In this document: positions 29,137 through 37,401 of the stretch, piece by piece
Layout: each line of letters starts with the position of its first letter
Position numbering within the stretch: position 1 is the first letter of the stretch
From: a virus
Virus record (IMG/VR): IMGVR_UViG_3300025162_000006
Span: 5,209-69,208 of that record
Strand: one strand, 5' to 3'
DNA length: 64,000 nt
Notes under the pieces: generated by a model
The model's database searches: none
What the model was told of the DNA's origin: nothing
The model's input: the letters and a program-made list of their open reading frames with translations, nothing else
Translations under genes and position numbers: made by a program

Positions 29137-30778
29137 ACTGTATATACTTCATAACACTTTTGAGGTTACCGTAACAGGCGAGAGATCGGTTACGGTAACT
29201 GTCACAAATGGATTGAGAGGTATCCCTGGCAAAGCTGTGGAGATTCAAAATACCGGTACCGTAATACAGTGGAAATATGTCGGGGATGATAACTGGATTG
29301 ATCTCATTCAGGTAAGCGCACTCAAAGGCGATCAGGGAACACCAGTCGAGATTAATAATTCGGGTACCGCAATTCAATGGCGCTATATCGGAGATCAGGA
29401 CTGGACTACAATCGTAAACCTTTCCGATCTCAAAGGAGATGCCGGCAGGGAGGTAGAGATCAGGAACGATGGTTCTCATATCCAATGGCGTTATGTCGGA
29501 GATCAAAACTGGAATAACATTGTTACGCTCTCCGATCTTATCGGTCCTCGGGGATATCAGGTTGAAGTACAGAATACCGGAACTTATATCCAGTGGAAAT
29601 ATTCGAATGATGTCAACTGGACAAATCTCATTTTGTTATCTGACCTCAAAGGGAATAAAGGCGATCAGGGAGATGCGGTACAGATCAGGAATAATGGCTC
29701 ATATATCCAGTGGAAATATGAAACGGAAACTGACTGGACAAATCTCATAGATATATCCTCTTTGATAGGTCCGCAGGGTTATCAGGTACAATTACAAAAC
29801 ACCGGTACATACATTCAATGGAAGTATTCAAATGATGTCTCTTGGGCCAATCTCGTTGCACTTGCGGATATTAAGGGTAACAAGGGAGATCAGGGAACAC
29901 AGGTGCAGATCAGGAATAACGGTACGAGTATCCAATGGAAATACGCAACTGATGTCGAATGGACCGATCTTATTTCTATTGCCTCACTGGTAGGAAATAG
30001 AGGTTTATCCGTAGAGATCAGGAACAACGGTAACGCAATACAGTGGTCCGTAGAGGGTGCAAACTCTTGGAGTGATATTGTCACACTCGCTGCGATCACT
30101 CCGGATATTTCGGGTAAGGTTGACAAGGTTAACGGTAAGGGTTTGTCAGCAAACGATTTCACGGATGATATAAAAAACAGGTTGGCGAACACGCAAGGAA
30201 TAAATACGGGAGATCAGGATTTATCGGGAAAGGTTGACAAGGTTAACGGAAAAGGATTATCCGCAAACGATTTCACGGATGATATAAAAAACAGGTTGGC
30301 GAACACGCAAGGAATAAATACGGGAGATCAGGATTTATCGGGAAAGGTTGACATGGTCGCAGGAAAAGCATTGTCAACGAACGACTACACGGACGCAGAC
30401 AAAGCCAAAGTTGCAGCCACATCCGGAACCAATACTGGTGACCAGGTAAAATTTACTCCCCGCGTCTATTCCGTTGCGTCAAGTGCCACCCCTACTTTCA
30501 ATACTAATAATTATGATGCTATATCCATCACCGCGCTTGCTGAAGCGATAACTTCAATGACAAGCGGTATGACAGGATCACCTGCCAACTTTCAGAAGCT
30601 AATTATCCGTATTTTGGATAATGGAACAGCAAGGGCGATAACATGGGGAGCAAAATTCGTTTCTAGGGGAGCAACGTTGCCAACTACTACTGTGATTAGT
30701 AAACTACTTACCGTGGGTTTTATTTATAATTCAGTCACTACAACGTGGGGTTGTGTTGCAGTAAGTCAGGAGGTTTAG
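29129..30778 (+). CDS. tail fibre with 8 IQW(K/R)Y repeats and GKVDK..GKGLS.ND repeats
   Basis: Eight ~36-39-aa repeats with short Gly-X-Y linkers; three 38-aa repeats; C-terminal fibre module. Confidence 0.8.
   Translation: MVELYILHNTFEVTVTGERSVTVTVTNGLRGIPGKAVEIQNTGTVIQWKYVGDDNWIDLIQVSALKGDQGTPVEINNSGTAIQWRYIGDQDWTTIVNLSDLKGDAGREVEIRNDGSHIQWRYVGDQNWNNIVTLSDLIGPRGYQVEVQNTGTYIQWKYSNDVNWTNLILLSDLKGNKGDQGDAVQIRNNGSYIQWKYETETDWTNLIDISSLIGPQGYQVQLQNTGTYIQWKYSNDVSWANLVALADIKGNKGDQGTQVQIRNNGTSIQWKYATDVEWTDLISIASLVGNRGLSVEIRNNGNAIQWSVEGANSWSDIVTLAAITPDISGKVDKVNGKGLSANDFTDDIKNRLANTQGINTGDQDLSGKVDKVNGKGLSANDFTDDIKNRLANTQGINTGDQDLSGKVDMVAGKALSTNDYTDADKAKVAATSGTNTGDQVKFTPRVYSVASSATPTFNTNNYDAISITALAEAITSMTSGMTGSPANFQKLIIRILDNGTARAITWGAKFVSRGATLPTTTVISKLLTVGFIYNSVTTTWGCVAVSQEV
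30110..30352 (+). repeat. 114-bp tandem duplication in the fibre gene
   Basis: Units start at 30110, 30224 and 30338; the first two encode the identical 38-aa peptide and share a long identical DNA stretch. Confidence 0.9.
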
Positions 30779-32917
30779 ATGTCAATAGTAAAATTAATCG
30801 CATCGGGAAATTGGAGTGCAAATGGCATATGGGATAAAGGATCAACGCCAGATGCCACCGATGATGTCATTCTTGATAATGCTTACAATGTTATCGTTGA
30901 TACGACCTCATGCGTGGCTAAGACTATTTTACAATCCGGTTCCGGAACACTTACCATCAATAATTCAATGAAGCTGACCGTTTCAGGTAATGTAACTTTT
31001 GCAGCAGGAAAATTCATAGTAGGAGGAAATACAGCAGAACTTGCAATGTTAGCTACGGGAACACTTATTACTGCGGGGAATATAATGGGGGCATTGACAT
31101 TTAATGGAGCTTCGCAAACATTTACATTAGGGAATGCGGTCACTACACGACAAGAATCCATCGTAACACTAACAGAAGGGTCTCTTATAACAGGTAGCTA
31201 TACTCACAATTTTGGGCAATATTCGTCCAATAATCTTAATAATAGAACTGTTAATATTACTGGCACTACTATAAATATCACAACAACAGGTGGAAATAAC
31301 GCTTTTAATATTTCAGGGGGAGATTCCAATAATATAATAACCGATGCTTCAAGTATTATTAATTTTTTGGGTAATAATCTGTCTCCTAATTTTGGGGGAA
31401 AAACATTTCTTGGTTCAGTGAATTTCAATGGCGCAAATCTTTTAGCAGTAACTGTTTCGGGCAGTAATACCTTTCATAACCTATCTTTTGATGGTTCTGC
31501 TAAAACTTTATCTTTAATGGTATTAAGTTTATCGGATAACCAGACAATTGACGCAACAGGCACTTTAACCTTAAAAGGTGGTGCAGATAATCGTTATAGG
31601 TTATTGGTACAGAGCAATACGTTGGGAACGGAAAGATCTATCACTCTTACCAATGGTGCTACCCTTGTAACCCAAAGGGTAGATTTTAGAGATATTAAAG
31701 GTGTTGGTACAGGTACTATTTGGGATTTATCTTCTTATGCAACATGTCCGGGTGGTGCAGGAGATTGTGGAAATTCTGTTACTTGTGGAATCATTTTTCC
31801 GACTGCAAGAACATTGTATTGGTATAGCACAGGAGCATACAAATATTGGACGGCCAATACAGGAACCAATCCTTGGTATACTGATGATGTTCACCTGTCT
31901 AACCTTTCAGGATTAGACTCTCCCTTACCGCAAGACAACGTAATTATTAACAATAATTCAATACCCACAACTGGGAAAACCATTAATATTGATTCTTTAA
32001 GACCCTGTAAAGACCTTAATCTCACAGGGGCAACCAATTCTCCAACCATTACGGTTTCTTCTTCATCAACAATATATGGTTCACTTACCCTGATCAGTGG
32101 AATGACTTTTACACATAATAATAATACTATTACTTTTGGAGGTCGTGGAACTCACACTATAACAAGTGGTGGAAAAACATTTTATGATTTATATATTCAA
32201 GGTGTTGGTGCATCTTATACACTATTAGATAACTTAACTATTTCAAGAGATTTTTATATCACTGCTGGTTCGTTTTATGTAAACAACTTCAATATAGCAT
32301 CAAGAAGTTATATCTTAACAAGCACTCCACTAAATACAAGAGCATTTTATATGGGCAATGGAATAGTGGAATCTACCATGTCGGCACCGTCAAATTATAT
32401 TTTAATATGCGCCGATGCAACTAATTTAACTATTAATTGTGGTCAATCTACTTTTAAAATATCAGGCAGTAATAGCACTGGGGTATTGTATATAATCCCA
32501 AACATAGCGGTCTCTTTTTATAACCTTCAGATTAGTGGAAACCAAACAAGTTCAGGATCAATTAATTTTTATCAAGACTTTACAGTTACCAACATATTTA
32601 CTATTGCCGCACCTAATAGGATTCGTATTGCCAGTGGCAAAACAATCACACTTGGTCCATCTGCGTCTCTTGTATGGATTGGATCAGCAGGGAGTGTGAT
32701 TGAAATCAATGTAGTTTCCGGAACAACACCTTTTACCATTTCACGTCCTTCAGGAACGCAGATATTCAGTTGTGACTGGCTCCTCTTAAACTATTGCACA
32801 GCCACGCAAACCAATACCTTCTATGCAGGCGCCAACTCTACAGGTGACAATGATCTTAACTGGAAATTTGTTGCAGCTCCAGTGTCTTCAGGAAATATGT
32901 TCTTAATGTTCGATTAA
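30779..32917 (+). CDS. putative receptor-binding / beta-solenoid tail protein in an AT-rich cassette
   Basis: 712 aa N/T/S/G-rich with internal twofold repetition (P..TDDVI / P.PQDNVI; GKTF); visibly AT-richer codon usage than the backbone. Confidence 0.7.
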   Translation: MSIVKLIASGNWSANGIWDKGSTPDATDDVILDNAYNVIVDTTSCVAKTILQSGSGTLTINNSMKLTVSGNVTFAAGKFIVGGNTAELAMLATGTLITAGNIMGALTFNGASQTFTLGNAVTTRQESIVTLTEGSLITGSYTHNFGQYSSNNLNNRTVNITGTTINITTTGGNNAFNISGGDSNNIITDASSIINFLGNNLSPNFGGKTFLGSVNFNGANLLAVTVSGSNTFHNLSFDGSAKTLSLMVLSLSDNQTIDATGTLTLKGGADNRYRLLVQSNTLGTERSITLTNGATLVTQRVDFRDIKGVGTGTIWDLSSYATCPGGAGDCGNSVTCGIIFPTARTLYWYSTGAYKYWTANTGTNPWYTDDVHLSNLSGLDSPLPQDNVIINNNSIPTTGKTINIDSLRPCKDLNLTGATNSPTITVSSSSTIYGSLTLISGMTFTHNNNTITFGGRGTHTITSGGKTFYDLYIQGVGASYTLLDNLTISRDFYITAGSFYVNNFNIASRSYILTSTPLNTRAFYMGNGIVESTMSAPSNYILICADATNLTINCGQSTFKISGSNSTGVLYIIPNIAVSFYNLQISGNQTSSGSINFYQDFTVTNIFTIAAPNRIRIASGKTITLGPSASLVWIGSAGSVIEINVVSGTTPFTISRPSGTQIFSCDWLLLNYCTATQTNTFYAGANSTGDNDLNWKFVAAPVSSGNMFLMFD

Positions 32918-32930
32918 TAATTCAAGCAAA

Positions 32931-33203
32931 ATGGCACTCGAAAAACAAATTTTATTACGCAAAACTCAGCTTAAGTATTGGGCAATTACCCTCAATAGCT
33001 GGAATAAGGATAACAATGAGACCACGGTCAATATCTCTCCATATGTTGATCATGATGCTCGAAAAGATTCGGCGGTAAACTATTTCGGAGAGCTCACTAA
33101 AACGTACTATTATCCCGGTATTTACACTATAGAAGAATTGTACCGACTGATCAAGGAGGACGAAAAGTTTTCGGGGTTTTTTACTGATTCAATAGACTGC
33201 TAA
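32931..33203 (+). CDS. putative fibre assembly chaperone
   Basis: MALEK...ELY..IK....F..S.DC type small protein after a fibre gene. Confidence 0.55.
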   Translation: MALEKQILLRKTQLKYWAITLNSWNKDNNETTVNISPYVDHDARKDSAVNYFGELTKTYYYPGIYTIEELYRLIKEDEKFSGFFTDSIDC

Positions 33204-33274
33204 GTATTTATGCTGTATTAAATTCCTTTACAATTCGATTTAAAACTTATTACATTTCGTTTTTTCGATTTTAG

Positions 33275-33463
33275 AGTAACCGTATGTATCGTATCAACAT
33301 AAAAACACTTGTGGTTGAACCTGCCGGACTTATACCTTATGCTCCGAACACAGGGGTACAGGGTAACAGGATGGAGATAATTACTACCGCAGACGGATTA
33401 AAGTTCTTATATTTGATGCGGTCCACAGGGTTTGAAATGTGGAGATGTTTATTGTGGTGGTAA
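33275..33463 (+). pseudogene. orphan C-terminal fragment of a former tail-fibre (propeller-like) gene
   Basis: SNRMYRIN...GVQGNRMEIITTADGLKFLYLMRSTGFEMWRCLLWW* with an in-frame TAG directly upstream; reads like a fibre C-terminus lacking its body. Confidence 0.55.
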
Positions 33464-33471
33464 ATTCACAA

Positions 33472-33954
33472 ATGTCTATGTCTCTATCAATTATTCTCGC
33501 CAATGCATTGAATTCGTTTTGGGGTAAATTAGCAATACTATTTGTAAGCTATTTTACCCCAATTAAAGAGATCGTTCATGTCATGCTTATTTTCCTGGCA
33601 ATGGATACGATCTCCGGAATTTGGGCGTCTCTCAAAGGGGGAGACAAGTTACAAAGTAGTAAGCTGCGCACAACCGTTTATAAATTCCTTTGGTACACCG
33701 TTGCGGTAATGCTCTCCCTGATGATGGAGAAAACATTCGGATTCTCATGGACCCGTTTGGCTGCACTGGTTGGCGGGTTTATTTGCTCGGTGGAGTTGGT
33801 ATCAATATTTGAAAACATTTCAAAGATCACTGGTGACCCGATCTTTGCAAGGATTGTCAGGGTAATTAAAAAGAAAAGTTCTGAGACGATTCAGGAGGTC
33901 ACCAGTACGAAAGAAACCACAGAAACAATAACTGAAAAAACTAATGGCGAATGA
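33472..33954 (+). CDS. holin (phage_holin_4_1-like)
   Basis: TM segments; MDTISGIWAS...SSKLR..ELVSIFENI; likely start MSMSL at 33472; directly before endolysin. Confidence 0.85.
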   Translation: MSMSLSIILANALNSFWGKLAILFVSYFTPIKEIVHVMLIFLAMDTISGIWASLKGGDKLQSSKLRTTVYKFLWYTVAVMLSLMMEKTFGFSWTRLAALVGGFICSVELVSIFENISKITGDPIFARIVRVIKKKSSETIQEVTSTKETTETITEKTNGE

Positions 33955-34439
33955 AAAAGTTACAACTGTTAATCATTCATTGTACCGCAACACAGGTCGG
34001 TATTGAAGTAACAAGCGATCAGATCAGGAAGATGCACCTGTCTCCGCCTCCGGTTGGCAGGGGATGGCATCAAGTGGGTTATTCGGACATGATTCACCTG
34101 AATGGCACCATTGAGAACCTTGTTAAACATAACGAGGATGAATGGGTTGACCCTTGGGAGATCACAAACGGAGCAATAGGGTTGAATGATGTTGCCCGTC
34201 ATGTCGTATATGTAGGGGGTATTGACAAAATCGGTAAACCGATGGATACAAGAACTGTTGCGCAGAAAGCAGCATTACAGTTATATGTCGAAGATTTCCT
34301 CTCCCATCATCCGGACTGTAAAATTGCTGCGCACAATCAGTTTGCAAACAAAGCCTGCCCGAGTTTCGATGTTCCTACATGGTGCAAGGAGATTGGAATT
34401 GCGGAGAACAATATCAATTATCAAATACATAGGGTATGA
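33951..34439 (+). CDS. endolysin, N-acetylmuramoyl-L-alanine amidase (T7 lysozyme-like)
   Basis: IIHCTAT, GWHQVGY, YVGG, HNQFANKACPSF zinc-amidase motifs. Confidence 0.93.
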   Translation: MKKLQLLIIHCTATQVGIEVTSDQIRKMHLSPPPVGRGWHQVGYSDMIHLNGTIENLVKHNEDEWVDPWEITNGAIGLNDVARHVVYVGGIDKIGKPMDTRTVAQKAALQLYVEDFLSHHPDCKIAAHNQFANKACPSFDVPTWCKEIGIAENNINYQIHRV

Positions 34440-35083
34440 AATGGACTGGTGGATTAATCGGTTTGATGGCTCTCGCCATAATTATCTTGTCAGTATTGTT
34501 ATACAGATCAGGTAAGATCAGTGAGGGGGTAACGATTACAAAACAGGGGGATACTGCGTACCGCTCTCCGGTCACCAGTAACCCCATCCCCACCAGTGAG
34601 ATCAGGCCGGTACTCCCTCAACAATCTCGAAAACCCATCATTGTCTATCTCAAAGATTCATCCGGAGTGATCTCCATTGATACGATGGAGATCATTGCCC
34701 GTTACTCGAAAACAATCTGCGAACTGGATAGCTTGTTAACCGAACTTAAAACCGTTCGGTTTTACAGTGATACGGTAAGCGACACGAGCGCAAAGGTTCG
34801 GGCGGTTATCAAAGATCAGGTAACCGATAACCGATTACAGGCTGGTAGGCAAGTGCTCTTTATGAACTACCGGCCTATCTCAATGAAGATCGTCACGCTG
34901 GACCGCAAGGGAGCATTCCTTTGGGGGTTAACTGGCGGGTATAGTTTTATGGGGGACCCTCTCTTTGGGGTAAACATGGACTATATCACTGTTAAAAATC
35001 GCATGATCGGGGTTACTTTGGGAACGGGGTTCCTGATTCCTGGCAACCGGTTTATCCTCTTGCGATATAGCCAAAAGCTATAA
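34436..35083 (+). CDS. putative spanin-like lysis accessory protein
   Basis: N-terminal TM anchor, C-terminal amphipathic beta strands; third gene of the lysis cassette. Confidence 0.5.
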   Translation: MKWTGGLIGLMALAIIILSVLLYRSGKISEGVTITKQGDTAYRSPVTSNPIPTSEIRPVLPQQSRKPIIVYLKDSSGVISIDTMEIIARYSKTICELDSLLTELKTVRFYSDTVSDTSAKVRAVIKDQVTDNRLQAGRQVLFMNYRPISMKIVTLDRKGAFLWGLTGGYSFMGDPLFGVNMDYITVKNRMIGVTLGTGFLIPGNRFILLRYSQKL

Positions 35084-35172
35084 AAGAGGTTTGAGATCAA
35101 AAAAAAAGCAAAAAAATTTTGTAGGTTTACTTATCGTTCCGTCAGGAGGTTCGGTTTTTCGTTTGAGATTAT

Positions 35173-35190
35173 TTTTGATATTTATCAAAA
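35173..35190. promoter_or_regulatory. palindromic operator-like site TTTTGATA-TT-TATCAAAA
   Basis: Perfect 8-bp inverted repeat upstream of promoter copy 2; degenerate copies at 39565, 39587, 42138, 46522. Confidence 0.55.
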
Positions 35191-35206
35191 TATTTTGTTC
35201 CGGCTC

Positions 35207-35268
35207 TTGACTTGTCTCTCTGCCCGTATTATCTTTGCCGCAGCAACAACATAAAAAACCATCAAACC
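35207..35268 (+). promoter_or_regulatory. Repeated promoter/leader cassette, copy 2
   Basis: TTGACT-17 nt-TATCTTTG(35230-35237)-GCAACAAC-AAAAAACC. Confidence 0.8.
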
Positions 35269-35415
35269 ATGAAAAAACTTATCTCAATTTTGAAACCGAA
35301 ACCCCGCTCTGAAAAAGACTATAATACTTATATTGTGTAGCAACTGAAAAACAATGTTTCAAATCTCAAAAGAATTTACTAATCAATTAAAAATAAACCT
35401 TAAACCCTTATTACT

Positions 35416-36591
35416 ATGAAAAGAGCAACATCATTACCGGAAAGCAGAACAGCCATCAGGCTCATGTTCGCAGCAGTTGTAAAAGAAATGTACAACGCCT
35501 CAATCAAAAGTTTAACCCCCGAGCAGTTACTTGCAGCGATCAGGAAAACCGCAGAACAGGTGACCATCGTTCATATCCCTGATGGGAGCAATGATACGGA
35601 GGTATTGAAGAACGCATTCAAGGAAGAAATCACCATCCTGAATAAAGCGGTTCCGACATTCAAAACTGATGTAACCCTGATATGGAAATCAGCCGTAGAA
35701 GTTATTGCCGAGATCAGTGAGACTCCCGCTCCCGCACCAGTGAGTGACGAAGTTCCATTTGCACAACCGGAAGAAACCGAAAACACTGACAAGGGTAATG
35801 AGTTCCCGTCAGATGCAGATGATCTCAAGCCGATTGAACAACCCGCTCTCGCTCCGGAATACACAGGAAAGCCAATCACTGAAAAGGATACGGTTGACGG
35901 AGTGAAAACAAAAAAACCCGCCAGTAACCCATCCCGCAAATCAATTCAGGAGGCTTTTCCCGGCAAGCAGATTGACCTCAATAAGATGGAGGTAAACGGG
36001 AAAGTTTATATCGCTATCCTGACCGCTGCCCGCAGCAAATACATTGAGAGCAAGAACCCGCTCACTTGGGAAAAATGGGTAGATTCCACATATCATGAGT
36101 ACAAGGGCACCGATCTCGAAAACCGCAAAAAAGCAGATCAGGAAAAACCCGCTGCCGAGATCAAACCGGTGACCGAGAAAAAAGCAAAACCGGTGACCGA
36201 GAAAAAAAGCAGGGGAATTCAACCGATTGCCAAAAGTGATTCTCCGGTAGTTGTTCCTCCGGTTGGCGAAAGGGGAGAGAACGAGAGCGCAACGGATTTC
36301 TTCACACGCAAGTTCAAAGCTTGTCAATCGGTAGAGGAATTGCAAACCCTGATTGACACAGTGAACAGTGAGGCCAATCGTCAGGTAGTGTTTGTTCACA
36401 CTGAATCCGGTAAACATGGAGTGATCACTGGAACCAAGACGAATGCAAGGACTGGAAAACCGGTTCTGAAAGTAACCCTGTCAGATGGAGCGGAGAGCAG
36501 ATCATTTTGTGAGATTTTCACACGCTATTTCTCCCTGATTGAAGATAGCGCAGAATTCGCAAAGATGACCGCAGAGATCGTTAAAAAGTAA
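35416..36591 (+). CDS. hypothetical protein with disordered P/E/K-rich centre
   Basis: 391-aa ORF with tandem KPVTEKK repeat; first long gene after promoter copy 2. Confidence 0.75.
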   Translation: MKRATSLPESRTAIRLMFAAVVKEMYNASIKSLTPEQLLAAIRKTAEQVTIVHIPDGSNDTEVLKNAFKEEITILNKAVPTFKTDVTLIWKSAVEVIAEISETPAPAPVSDEVPFAQPEETENTDKGNEFPSDADDLKPIEQPALAPEYTGKPITEKDTVDGVKTKKPASNPSRKSIQEAFPGKQIDLNKMEVNGKVYIAILTAARSKYIESKNPLTWEKWVDSTYHEYKGTDLENRKKADQEKPAAEIKPVTEKKAKPVTEKKSRGIQPIAKSDSPVVVPPVGERGENESATDFFTRKFKACQSVEELQTLIDTVNSEANRQVVFVHTESGKHGVITGTKTNARTGKPVLKVTLSDGAESRSFCEIFTRYFSLIEDSAEFAKMTAEIVKK

Positions 36592-36651
36592 AACTGATAA
36601 GTAACCCGAACGGGGGGAGATCGTCTCTCTCCGTTCACTATTCAAAGGAAT

Positions 36652-36852
36652 ATGACCATTCAAACCGAACAACCGATATCCCGAAGTCGTCACACCTCTC
36701 CCGAACCAGTTAAATGCGATCATCCTGAATGCGGGTGGTCCGGTATCAGGATGAATGCCTATCATGGGTATGCTCCGGTATATCCGGATGATGTTGAACC
36801 GATGGATTATTGTCCGGTTTGTTGGTCCAATGGTCGGAGGACTGAGGTATGA
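36652..36852 (+). CDS. small zinc-finger protein
   Basis: CDHPECGWSG...CPVC. Confidence 0.6.
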   Translation: MTIQTEQPISRSRHTSPEPVKCDHPECGWSGIRMNAYHGYAPVYPDDVEPMDYCPVCWSNGRRTEV

Positions 36853-37088
36853 GTAGCTATGTAAAAGATCATGGAGATCAATTCGCTCCGGTTTACGCTC
36901 TCAAATGGGAGAAAGTAGATACAGGGATAACCCGCACTGCAGTATTCGGGGGGTGGCTTGTAATGGTCACTGATTCCGTTTCAACAATCTCGAAAGAACC
37001 TTATGCTCCGCAAAAACTGGAAAAAGGAATAGACTGGCACAGATCAGTAACCTTTGTTCCTGATGTCAATCATGAATGGAAAATCTGA
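36849..37088 (+). CDS. hypothetical phage protein
   Basis: TR.AVFGGWLV...SVTFVPD.NHEW recurrent small phage motif. Confidence 0.7.
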   Translation: MSSYVKDHGDQFAPVYALKWEKVDTGITRTAVFGGWLVMVTDSVSTISKEPYAPQKLEKGIDWHRSVTFVPDVNHEWKI

Positions 37089-37092
37089 CAAT

Positions 37093-37401
37093 ATGAAAAA
37101 ACTGATATTAATATTTGCACTGGTTATATCCTTACAGGGATTCTCCGGAAAAGTTTATGTTTCCAGTGATAGCCATGGAGCGAAAAAGGTTTACATCACC
37201 AAGAACCGGAGTGAGGCCAATATGTTTGTTTACTTTGTTTCAGATCAGAACCAAGCGAACAAACCGTATCTGTGGTACAAGGTCAGTGATCGCAATACCG
37301 CCAATTCGATCATACATTATGTACACGATAAGAACACCGCTGACTTGATAATCTATATCGTTCATGATAAGAACGAGGCTCGTACCTCACGGAAACGCTA
37401 A
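37093..37401 (+). CDS. exported repeat protein (DUF6150-like)
   Basis: Signal peptide MKKLILIFALVISLQGFS then ~13-aa repeats (..VY.V.D...A(D/N)). Confidence 0.6.
   Translation: MKKLILIFALVISLQGFSGKVYVSSDSHGAKKVYITKNRSEANMFVYFVSDQNQANKPYLWYKVSDRNTANSIIHYVHDKNTADLIIYIVHDKNEARTSRKR

Noticed and set aside
26738-33463. Diversity-generating retroelement acting on tail fibres
   Set aside because: No reverse transcriptase ORF and no template/variable repeat pair differing at adenines; the only near-exact repeat is a tandem in-frame duplication.
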